64,000 nt of DNA from Microthyrium microscopicum (lineage: Eukaryota). The notes under the pieces were generated by a model, which searched no databases, was not told the origin of the DNA, and saw only the letters and a program-made list of their open reading frames with translations. Shown piece by piece: positions 25,280-36,919 of the stretch. The position numbers and the translations under genes were made by a program. Positions within the stretch are counted from its first letter, which is position 1. Each line of letters opens with the position of its first letter. The stretch is taken from NCBI GenBank assembly GCA_010405405.1, contig MU004238.1, positions 1,685,530 to 1,749,529 on the forward strand, in the 5' to 3' direction.

Positions 25280-26628
25280 CAGTGTTGGAACTCGAGTTAG
25301 TATAGTCGAGTACTAGTACTAGTACGGCTAGTATAGGATTATTTTAATACTAACTCGACTAGACTAGTCTAATCAAGATCTAGGACTAGTACTAGTACTA
25401 TACCAGTCTAGAATTATATAATAAATACTCTACTAGTACTTAAGTACTAGTACTAGTATTACTAGTATACTAGTAGTAGTTTTATATATAGATTAGGGTT
25501 AATATTATAGGGTTATTTTTATATTATTTAATTTAGAATTTTACGTAGATTACAATAGTGTTATTAGTTTTCTAATAGCTAGTCTTATTCTATAGTTATT
25601 ATACTTTAAACATAAAGTTATTTAATTATATTATATTTTTAAAGGTTATTTAGTTATATAGCACTTAATATTATAAATTACTTAATAATATCTTAGATTT
25701 AGTATTCTAGATTTATAATACATATAAAAATATAAAAATTAGAGCTAAATATACTAATAATTAGTTTAAATACTAATATTTAGAAGTTAGGAGTATAAAA
25801 CAATTAAGAAAAAGAGATAAGTTTATATAAATAACTTAATAGTAGTAAATTTTAAGATAAATATATAAATTATTATATATTTAGATTCGTTAAAGTATAA
25901 AGAAAACAGCCCTAGAGTTAGTTTTTAAATAAATAGCTTATATACTAATATATATTAGTATTTAAAAGTTTTTAATAAATAAATTAATAAAAGTTTAAGT
26001 TTTATATTTTAAATACTAGTAAATAAGAAAAACTATTATTACTACCTTCTAGAGCTAGTAATAAGGATTATAAAAATATATAGAACTTATACTAAATATA
26101 GCTAAAAGCTATTATAACTTATATTTAAAGATTTTAATTAGAATATAAAAGTAAATAATAACTATTAACCTAAAATATATAAAGGTTTTACTTATAATAT
26201 AATACTAAATAGGTATAACTAATTCTAAGCTATTTAATACTATAGCTTTTTATTCTTAACTTCTTTTAGTTATATCTTAATACTAATTATAAATATATTA
26301 ATATTTAGTTTTATATTCTTTATAACTCTATAACTAATAGAGCTATACTAAATCTAAGACTAGATCTAGATTCTTTAGATTTAGAGCTATAAAAAGGTAT
26401 ATTATATCACGTGACTAGTATCTTAGCAAGTACTCTAATATACTATAGTATTACTATACTAGACTAGAGTATTAATTAGTTAGTACTAGTACTAACTCGT
26501 TCTAAAAAATTCTAATACTAGTACTAGTACTAGACTAGTTAGATTATTTAAAATACTAGACTACTAGTACTCGAGTACTAGTATACTATACTAGACTAGT
26601 TTTAGTACTAACTCGAGTGCCAACACTG
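25280..26628. mobile_element. RIP-mutated non-autonomous hAT DNA transposon (1349 bp)
   Basis: TIRs CAGTGTTGGAACTCGAGTTAGTA and TACTAACTCGAGTGCCAACACTG; perfect 8 bp TSD CTTCGCGG (25272-25279 and 26629-26636). Subterminal TACTAG/CTCGAG arrays and AT-rich interior. Confidence 0.9.
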
Positions 26629-26959
26629 CTTCGCGGCAGGTTTTGCAGGCTTGGAAGCACCATCAGATGTGCTTTCTTTTGGCCCTGGCTCTTTTGCTCG
26701 TGATTCACCGCGGTCAGTCCGACTAACCCAGACAAGGTCAAGATGGGCGGTAGCTTGACCCGCTCGTTTTCGTCGATGGAGACGGCGTCCTGTTTATGGG
26801 ATTGTCCTCTACTAGCCAAGGAATGCGGCGATGCCGGAAATGAATTTACGCTTGCGCGAGAATGCCTGGATTCCATGGCTTCTATGTAGGGTCTGGTTCT
26901 GGAGATAGTTAGACACCTAGGGTGTTACTCCAAAATTTGAACAATGTCAATTCTTGACA

Positions 26960-29900
26960 ATGGTAGAGAAGACAAGTGAACCGCCGGCAACGGTGACCGA
27001 TACTGTAACAGAAGTGGTGGTGGATGGATTTTGGGTGAGAAGACCTATTGCAACTCAACGTTGATAAGACGAGCCCAACTGATCACTCTCGTAGACGAAA
27101 GTTTGCAAATTCAATCAGTACTTCAACCTGTTAGTTTCTGCAAAGCCATCAAAATGGGACATCTTTATGCTCTGTCTTGGCTTCATTGCCGCCGTCGCCT
27201 CTGGTCTTCCATTTCCTCTCATCGGAATAATTTTCGGCCAGCTAGTTGATGAATTTAATTCGACAACATGCAGCAACTCGGTCGACCCCGACGAATATCA
27301 AAACAGTGTCAACCACAAAGTCTTGCTGGTGTTATATGTGGCGATCGCTCAATTCGTCCTCATGTACACATATCTCGCATGCTGGAGTCTGACTGGAGCA
27401 AGACTTGCACAGAGACTTCGAGAACAGTATTTGCATCATCTACTAAAGCAATCGCCAACCTTCTTTGACACTCGGCCAGCTGGGCAAGTGTCTTCTCGAC
27501 TCAATGGCGATATCCAAACCATACGCGCTGGCACATCCGAGAAGGTTGGAATATGCATCTCCAGTCTCTCCTTTTTCGTAACAGCGTACATTGTCGCCTT
27601 CATCAAACAAACAGATCTCGCTGCAATGCTGTTGTCGCTCGTCCCTGCATACTTTCTCATGTCCTTGGTTGGAAACAGATTCATTGAGAAGTACGCCGAA
27701 CAAGTGTCCGATCATATCGCCAAATGCGCATCCGTTGCTTTGGAGGCCCTTTCTCACATCAACGTTGTCCAAGCATTCAATGCAAATAGACGGCTCGAAC
27801 TAAGATTTAGCAAAGACCTTGTCAATGCTAGGACAAACGGTATAAACAAAGCTGTCGCGATCGGCATCCAGGCAGGCTCGATGTATTTTATTGCCTACGC
27901 TGCCAATGCGCTTGCATTCTGGCAAGGCAGTAGAAGCATTGCTCAAGCTGTTGAAGGGTCTGGTAACTCAACTGTTGGAAAAACGTATACAGTCATCTTC
28001 ATTTTAGTAGATGGTATGTTCTCTATTGCAAGAGGCCGCCAAATTGTTTCGCAGCTCAACTAACAAGACAATAGCTACCCTCGTTCTGAGTCAAGTTGCA
28101 CCCTTTGTCCAAATTTTCTCCGCTGCGGTCGGATCTGCAAACTCGCTGCATCAAGACATGGCTCTAGAACACAATGATACGCCCGAGTATGATAATGAAG
28201 ATGTGTCATCAGGTATTGATGGTCATGTCAAGTTCTTTAACGTTTGCTTCGAGTATCCTTCTAGACAAGGAGTCACTGTACTCAAAGACGTAAACATGGA
28301 CTTTCCAGCAGGCAAGCACACTGCTATTGTCGGTCAATCTGGCAGCGGTAAATCAACGATAGCCGAGCTTATCACCAAGCTGTATGAACCAACCGGCGGC
28401 GCAATCCTGATTGATAAACATGACTCTCGATACATCAGCCCTGTCAGTTTGCGAAGCTTCATTGGATCTGTGGAACAAAATCCGACGTTGTTGAATAGAT
28501 CGATCCTGGAGAACATCGCGCTGGGTCTGCTCAGTTCTTCTTCTCCTGGCCATTCAAATCTGCGTACAACGCTACTCGACTCTACCTTCCAGCAATTTGT
28601 TGACTATCTGAGAGCTCATGGGAATGGAGAGCTTGACGCCAGCAAAATATCTACCGACAGCAATGTCATGAGAATTATTGAACTGGTGAAACAAGCCGCC
28701 ACTCTCGCTGACGCCGATGCATTCATAAGACAACTCAAGGACGGCTATACCACAACTCTAGGCTCTAAAGGGCGGACTCTAAGCGGAGGCCAGCGACAAA
28801 GAATTGCTTTGGCTCGCGCTTTAGTGAGAGATCCGAAGATACTCATTCTTGATGAAGCTACATCTGCGCTCGACTCTCAAACTGAGATCCGCGTTCACCA
28901 GGCATTGGAAGCGGTGGCATCGGGACGTACACTCATTACGATCGCCCACAGGCTCTCTACAATCCAGAATGCCGACAATATCATCGTTTTAAGAGATGGC
29001 CGAGTAATGGAACAGGGCACTCATGTAACCCTCATGGCAGCGAATGGAGCTTATGCTGAGATGGTATCTCTCCAATCTCTGACTTCACCAACTACAAGTA
29101 GCTCAGATTCAGATCTGGACTCCATCACAAGTGACGCTCCAAAAACCGAAGCACTAATAGACATTCCACTGGATATCCCTCTCGTGGGCGATGAAGAAGA
29201 TAGCTCGGTGTCGTCAAAACGACCTTTAGGTCGAATCTTCTCGGGTGTTTGGAGACTTGTCAATAAATACACCGTCATCATCTTGGCCGCGTTTGTTGGA
29301 TCGCTTGTTGTAGGTGGATCATTCTCGGCTGAGTCAATTATATTTGGAAATACTGTCGGAGAGCTCAACACGTGCCGATCCCCAGCTGATATTCTGGCCA
29401 GTGGAAAATTCTTTGCGCTCATGTTCTTCATTCTCGGCGTAATTGAGTTTTTCGCCAACATAATCAGTTGGGCCGGTTTTGGCCTTGTATCGGAAAGGCT
29501 GCTCTACAGAGTGCGGGTTTCGACATTCAAGACGATGCTAAAGCAGAACCTCGATTGGCACAACATAGAGAGGCGCACTCCAGCGTCATTGCTCTCGATC
29601 ATCACCAAAGATAGTGCGGCTCTGGGTGGGATTAGCGGATCGGTTATCGGGACAATACTCTCAATCTTGATCAATCTTGTTGCTGCAATAATTCTAACCA
29701 CTGTAATCGCATGGAAGATTGCTCTGGTCTGCCTTTCAACAGTACCACTTCTCCTTGGAGCTGGCTTGATTCAACTGCGAGTTCTAACCAAATTCGAAGA
29801 AAAGCATGAGACTGCATACTCCGAGTCTGTTGATCTGGCCATTGAAGCGGTCGAGTCCATCAAAACCGTTGCTAGTTTCTCCCTGGAAGAAGACACCATG

Positions 29901-31055
29901 GCTCGATACAGAAGAGCCTTGGCTGGACCTCGGGAAGAAACAACTAGAGTATCTCTGGAAGCAAGTCTCTGGCAAGCAATCACTTATTTACTTGGAAACT
30001 TGTCCTACGCTTTAGCATTTTGGTGGGGCTCCAAGCAGATCATTGCCGGGACTTACAGCACTACTCAATTCTTGATTGTCATTATGGCTCTACTTGTATC
30101 GGCCCAGCTTTGGAGTCAGATGTTTGCTTTAGCACCTGAACTGTCAAGCGCCAGGTCGGCTGTAGCACGTATCCTCAATCTTTTGGACTTGGACCAGGAA
30201 AACTACAGGAAATCCCAAGAATCAGATTCTGTATCCAAAAATTTTGATCTTGAGGCTATGCATGAGCTTAAGGCCCAGTCCCCAATTGCCACTTCAGCTC
30301 TAGCTGTGGAGTTCCAGAACGTACAATTTTCATATTCAGGAAGACCAGATCTGAAAGTACTCCATGACTTGACCATGCAAATCAAGCCTGGCCAGTTCAC
30401 TGCATTCGTGGGTCCTAGTGGTGCCGGGAAATCCACCATAATTTCTCTCATCGAACGTCTCTACACTCCTACCAGTGGCACAGTGAAAATTGGCGGACTC
30501 GACATAAACAAGACTCGAGATCTGGGATTTCGCGACAATATCTCACTAGTTCCACAAGACAGTGCACTGTTTGATGGCAGTGTCCGGTTCAATGTTTCAC
30601 TTGGTGCAAGACCTGGCCATGAAGCTACAGATGAAGAAATCGAAGAGGCTTGTCGCCTGGCAAATATCCATGAGACTATTACCAAGCTTCCTGAAGGGTA
30701 CGAGACTGACTGCGGCTCGAACGGAGGCTTGCTATCTGGCGGACAAAAACAACGAATTGCTATCGCTCGAGCGCTGGTGAGGAAGCCAAAATTGCTGATA
30801 TTGGATGAGTCTACGAGTGCTCTGGATGCCGAGTCTGAACGAGCAATCCAAGAGAGCTTACAGAATGTAGCAGGAGGCGTGACTATCATTGCTATTGCAC
30901 ATCGTCTGAACACAATTCAGCACGCGGATACCATTTTTGTTATTGAGAGTGGTAGGTGTGTGGATCAGGGGAAGCACGAGGAGTTGATGAGACGGAGTGA
31001 AATGTATAGGAGCAGTGCTTTGTATCAGCAGTTACATTCTGTGTCTTCTAGCTAG
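26960..31055 (+). CDS. ABCB/MDR full-size transporter (SitT/AbcB-like siderophore exporter)
   Basis: Exons 26960-27034, 27095-28013 and 28075-31055. Two TMD-NBD halves with Walker A GQSGSGKST and GPSGAGKST, LSGGQ signatures, and ILDEATS/ILDESTS. Confidence 0.9.
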
Positions 31056-31192
31056 ATATTTTGTTTGCGGAGAAACCCAATTGCAATTACGAAAACCAAG
31101 ACATGTCCATAGCATTGACCAAAACTTGACTAAATTAAAACGCGAACAGTTGATCATCTACGAGACCATATTTCAGTAAGCGCGAGAACAAT

Positions 31193-32711
31193 CTACAAGC
31201 GAGCCTGAGCTGGTTTCTGACTTTCTCCAAAAATGGACTGAACCAACTGCCCTCCACGAACAGCAAGACCACTCAAAAGGGTATCTGCAAGCTGATTGAG
31301 AGTTAGCAACGACAAGAGCCCGAAATCAGAGGAGAAAACTCACGCCATGAGTAGCTTCATTACAGCCTTGCAACCAAACACCACAATCATTTCTCGCTGA
31401 CCCCGGCAACAAGACTCGATAATCCTTCGACGCCTTTGCCCACTGATCCGTGGGGCCAAAAACCTCAGTCAGCGGCTCGAGCAACTTCTGATACCCATCA
31501 TGCCGGTACCCAGTGGCGAAAATGACAAGATCAAACGGGACTGTCTGGCGTGTTGGATGTGAAGCGACATCGGACGCGTATTCCAAGTCAATGGCCAGAC
31601 GACCAGGGTCTGCAAAGTCGACGTGGTGGATACGAGTGCCTCGCATGATGCGATGCTGCCATGCATCTTGATCCACCCCGGTATTGATGCGTTGCAAAAA
31701 CATGGTAGCGTACAATTCTTCGAGCAACTCTTGGCGGACCACGCCATAGTTGGTGTTGCGATTAGAATTGCGGATTGCTGCGCGCACATCGGAGGGCGAG
31801 TCGAAAAACCGGGCTATGCGGTCTGGGTCGAAAATTTCATTGACGAACGGTGAGTCGTCGCTGGGTCGGAGGGCTGATCCGCGCAGAAGAAGGCAGGTCT
31901 TGGAAGCTGGGTAGCGAGCGTGGAGGTCGTGGAATATCTCTGCTGCTGATTGACCGCCTCCCACAACAGCAACGGAGTATGCAGCCTTGGGGTCCGGGAG
32001 GTACTTGGCAATGTTGTGATTGTATTGTGAAGAGTGTATGTACCGCGAGTGAGGGCTGGATTTGAACGGCTGGGGGATATCGGGATAGCCACCAATGGCT
32101 ACAACGACATGTTTGGCTCGTCTTGTAAACATTTCTCCAGATTCTGAACGGCTCTGGACAGTCAAATGGTCGAGTGTAGAGGACAGTCTGTCTGGAGGAA
32201 TGATAGACTCAACCTTTTCGCCGTATCTTACGACATCTTGAAAGTGACATGCACACCAGCCGAGATAGTCTTCAAACTCTTCTCTAGTCGGCAAAAATGT
32301 GTTCAGATTAGAGAACTCAACCATGCGCTTGTTGTTGTGGAGATAATTGAGAAAGGTGAATTTTGATAATGGGTTGCGAAGTGTTGCCATATCCTTGATG
32401 AAAGATATCTGCATCTTTGCGCCTGGTATAAGCATTCCAGCATGCCATGCAAATGAAGCCTGTTTCTCGAGAAAGAGAACTCGTGGTTGTCGGCCTGTAA
32501 TGCCATTACCATTGGATTGCTCCAGAGAATCATGTAATGCAATAGCAATAGCAAGGGCTGCCGGTCCAAATCCAGCTACAATGAGGTCAAATAATTCATC
32601 GTCAGGAAATGAATCCAATTGAGGAATGAAACCTGGTATGGCTCTTGAATCTCCGGTATTGGTCGTACATTCGTCAAAAGCGGCGTGGAGTGGAGAGAAC
32701 ATATTGGCCAT
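31193..32711 (-). CDS. sidA: L-ornithine N5-monooxygenase (canonical SidA), 488 aa, C-terminal ARL
   Basis: Exons 32711-31344 and 31291-31193. Motifs GFGPAA, WHAGML, MQISFIKD, VVGGGQSAAE, DDSPFVNEIF, NTNY, FATGY and HGLADTLLS; the last exon ends QARL*. Confidence 0.93.
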
Positions 32712-33040
32712 TTGATCAAGGTAGGTCGGAATGAAAAAGTTCAAGACTGTAAAGCTGTCAAAATTAGATGCAAAGAAATCCAGTTGGTAGAATAAGAGAA
32801 TTTAAGAAGACAATACCAGTATTGATTCGCTCCAACTGGCTAGTCATTGCATAGAGTAGTACGGAAAGACCCGAGGAGCGTGTCCATGCATTTAACGACC
32901 CTAGACACCTTTGTACCGGCAAACATTGAAGATTCTCGTCTACAAATGCCTACTCAGGAACACCTAAGACCTTGGAAGTGATGTCTTGTGTTTTGGATCT
33001 ATCGTTTTACCCAGCTTGTTTGTACCAGTCTTGAGGCTAT

Positions 33041-36000
33041 TCACGTTGACTTGTATTCCGGATCCAGCTTGCTTTGTTTGAAAAAGCTCTTTCCCTTAAG
33101 CCATTGCCGATAAGCTTTATATCGTTTCCTACCGCCATCCTCATCACTAACAGTAAGTGGATTTTCATTCTCCGCAATGGCCAAAAACTCTGCAAAATCA
33201 GCCAAATTCTCTTCAAATACATCCAACTCAGCGTCATCCGCAAGCGTTGCGCGAGTGTGCACAGCGTTGAGAACCCAATCTGCTTCATTCCCTGCTACAC
33301 CGGCCGCTGCACTCTCCGCACGCGAGATGTACGCAGCGAAATCAGAATGGGCGCCAATTTCCATGTCAGAAGGCTCTGTGCTGGTGACCAGTGGAAGTGT
33401 CAGCGGATGGTTAACGTAGGCGATATATTCATCCTCTTGCGTGACAGTGGGCGATAGACTGTTGTCCCAGAATTGTTTCAGCGTCCATTGGTTTTTATCT
33501 GCTGGAAGTGATGATCTCGCGTTTTTACTTGATACGCTGTTGGTGTCTAGTAGACCGGAAAAGGCATTAGCATTCTCGTTCGGATTGAAGGATCGGATAG
33601 ATCTCATATCATCGCTCTGTGGATCAAGGATGGTAACATGCTGGCCTTTACGAGGCTTTTTTCCAGGTGAGTCTGGCGGCTCCAGGTTGGCATGTCGGCG
33701 AGGTATGAACGGGGATGGATTCCGAGCTAGCTCAGCAGCCGTTGTCTCTGGCAAATATCGTGGCCGTGAGGATAGTTTCCATGAGAACAGTTTGACGAGT
33801 GATGAAATTGCTAGGGGCCGGTAGTACTCTAGCCAGTAATTGTCCACCGCCTCGACTGGAACACGAACGGGCATCGGAGCTGGAAGCATTGGAACTGGTA
33901 GCTTTCTTTCGCGAAGGTTTTCAGGTGTGTACCAGTTAACATAGTGCCGCGCTGTTCGAGTAATCCATTCTCGAGGATCAGCATGATGAAGGTAGTAATC
34001 CGATGGCAGATCCCACAACATCGGTTGCCCTTGTGCGTAAATGTAGTTGCCTAAAAAGAGATTGTACGCTTCCTGCCTTTGGGAATCTAAGAAGGAGTTG
34101 TGGTAGTATCTTTTGAACGATTCGACCATGTCTCGTGAATGATTCTTCCACTCGTTCAATTTTCGATAGGTTGAGAGTGTGTGTGCCAGATGCGAACCAC
34201 CATACTGAATAGCAATCGTATCTCCATGCGCATGGTACATGTGTGTAAATGTATTGACAACGTCCGAGTCGTACTCCAAATGGGGGCCATCAATGACGCC
34301 CAAAGCCTGCAACTGATGGCCAAGCGCCCGTTTTCCAATGACAAACTGAGCTGCGTTCGTACGATCCAGGCAATCGATACAATTGGTCCGCGCAATACCG
34401 TTTTGCATCTTCGGTATGGAGTTGACACAATCACCATTTTGAAACATTCCAGTTTCCTCCATAATGTCCTGAGCGATAAGCTCCAGCACACCTACAACAT
34501 CCTGGCCTCGGGTTTTGGCTGCACGGCTCATATCAAAAGCCTTGTATAGGATTCGTTTGTCTTCGGGCAAGGACTGATTGAGAAATGCTAAAGCTCTTTC
34601 AAACTCTATCCCCAATTTTGACTCTCGAGGATTTCGCTCGCGAGCTTTGATCAGGTTCAGAACATAGACTGGTGCACCATAACGCTTGAACAAGTCATCA
34701 AAATGCAAAGCGGCTGCGGCATAGAATGGGTCGACAAGATTGACTGGCAGTTGTTAGTCATAATCAGATACGTTTGACTCGCACTTACTATCGATATCTG
34801 GCTTTGGGGTCACTCCAGAATTATCTTGGCTCCAATGAAGCGGAATGCTCCCACGGTGCTGTACATACGAGGTGTAGTTCGGGCTCGAAAACAGAACCGG
34901 GCCCGGCCCATGAAAAGACGTAGTAACAACATCAGACACAATCTGCTCCGTTTCAACATCATTTGCAACATAGCCTTGATCATTCGCTCCACGCTTGAGA
35001 TATCTCGCGCCAGCAAAATATCTCGATCGTCGAGCGATGATGGTGAGATATATTCTGCGACCAAAAATATCCAAAGAGGATTGTTCGACATAGCCATGAA
35101 TCGTTGGAACGCACCAGTCATAAGGACGCTTTAGCGCGCCATTCGCTGGTTCGAGTAGATGATGGTTCCAGACGAACATGTCGTGCCAGTCTCGTGTGTT
35201 GTGAGGGACACCTTGGTTGAATGCTTCCCTCTCTCGTTGGATGTTCTCTTGCAGCGTGCGCGTGATGTTATAGGAGTAGCTAAAGTAGAAGAACTTTGTG
35301 AGATCTAGATTTTGTAGAATTCCAAGATATCGAGCTTCTTCTGGGTTTCTATCCCGTTGGAAGCGCGATGTAGATCCGGTAGTCAGTGGTACCACTTCCG
35401 TAGCTTCTATCTGGAAAATAAAGTGACCCCCAACCATGGCAACCTATCCTCTAGTTAGACAGACATTATCGAAGCGAAACGATATAACTACCTGTGTTCT
35501 TTTTGTGATCAGAATCATATAATACGCCTCAGTAAATCTGACAAATCCCAACAAACCACAACTATTCGATTTGGTTCGAAGTCCACCAGAAGCTTTGTTA
35601 CCGTCCTCTATCGTGGCGAGGAGTTCGTTGATAGACTGGCGATCATAAACATTTTCGTCCTCGAAAATGTTCAGCAGGCCTGGAGGAGAGGTCCGATCAA
35701 TCTTCAAAACCCGGAAATTCTGCTCCAACATATCCTGCCCGACTAAATAGAATCTTGACGCCGTTTCATAAAGAACAAACCGCTGCATAGTTTTGGCATT
35801 TTCAGAGAGTTGGCCTGGCAAAGCCTCGAGCTGATGTCCGTGGGACTTTCCGTTCAAGAATTGATGTGGTGATATTTCTTCATCTTCACCTGTGAATTGC
35901 GACTCGGAATTTCCATCCATGTTCAAATTTTGGCCAAGTCGTGCATTGGAGTCCGTTCGTGACAATGCATCTTCCTGCACTGTACTACGAGTGTCCTGGT

Positions 36001-36100
36001 CGATTTTCTCTAGTTTCGCCGGAAGAACATGTACCTCTGGGACGCGAGACACGTCATCTTTGGATTCATCGCCAACTTGACTTCTTATCGATGGCGGCAT
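33041..36100 (-). CDS. FIG4: Sac-domain polyphosphoinositide phosphatase Fig4
   Basis: Three exons (introns near 35490-35444 and 34788-34745). Motifs IARRSRYFAGARYLKRG, NDVETEQ, QHRGSIPL and catalytic CX5R RTNCIDCLDRTN. Confidence 0.92.
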
Positions 36101-36919
36101 GTTGCAATGCTGTTCACCTACGCGTGAAACTTGTCATGGCAAACAGCAGGCGCAAACAGGGCGCAGGGACAAGCAAAAGCGACAACAAACTGGAAAGGGG
36201 TCAGAGAGATAGGGCCGGCATAACAAGTTGTACACGAGAGGCTTGAGGGGCGTATGAACTACGATGTAGATGGAATGAAGTTGTCGTCACATCAATAATC
36301 ATAGGTCTTCAATAATGAATGCGGCTAAAATGCAGTCTGGCTGTCACCAATTCAGCATGGATCGCCCTGTGGTAAAGACCCCGCGTTTTACCTCAGGCCG
36401 CTTTGCCTTTCGCCTTCTATTGTAACTTAAGTGCCAGTTCACAAAGAGGTTGATTCTGAGCTTAGCAGCAGACGTAGTATTATAGGAAGATTGGTTCAAG
36501 TGATTATAGAGCAGCTCAGTCTCCTATTCGATATCGCTTAGAAAGAACTTAAGTTACAGCAACGAAAACGAATATTATACGCCAAAGAACAAACTTCAAT
36601 AAATCGCTAACCTTCCATGCCCGACCTCAAACAAATTAAAGCACAATTTTCAAAGCCTGCTCGTAAAGTAGTATTGAAAGTCGCAACGCAACACATGCAT
36701 CGCTCCTAGAGAGATTACATTGAACCAAGAAGTGGCACGGTGGCCATCGACTTGCACAATCTGAAAAGAAAGCCCATGCGCCATGCTCAAAGAACACCAA
36801 GAAAAGAAAGGATGAATACAATCCTGAATCATTTTGCGGAAAATCTCTCATGACATGTCATCTAGCCTGTTATTTGCACAAGCATTGGTCGCCGTTTTAT
36901 TTACACCTCACCACCGATT

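Noticed and set aside
25300..25480. TACTAG arrays as CRISPR or satellite
   Set aside because: Eukaryotic DNA with no spacers; they are subterminal repeats inside the hAT TIRs.
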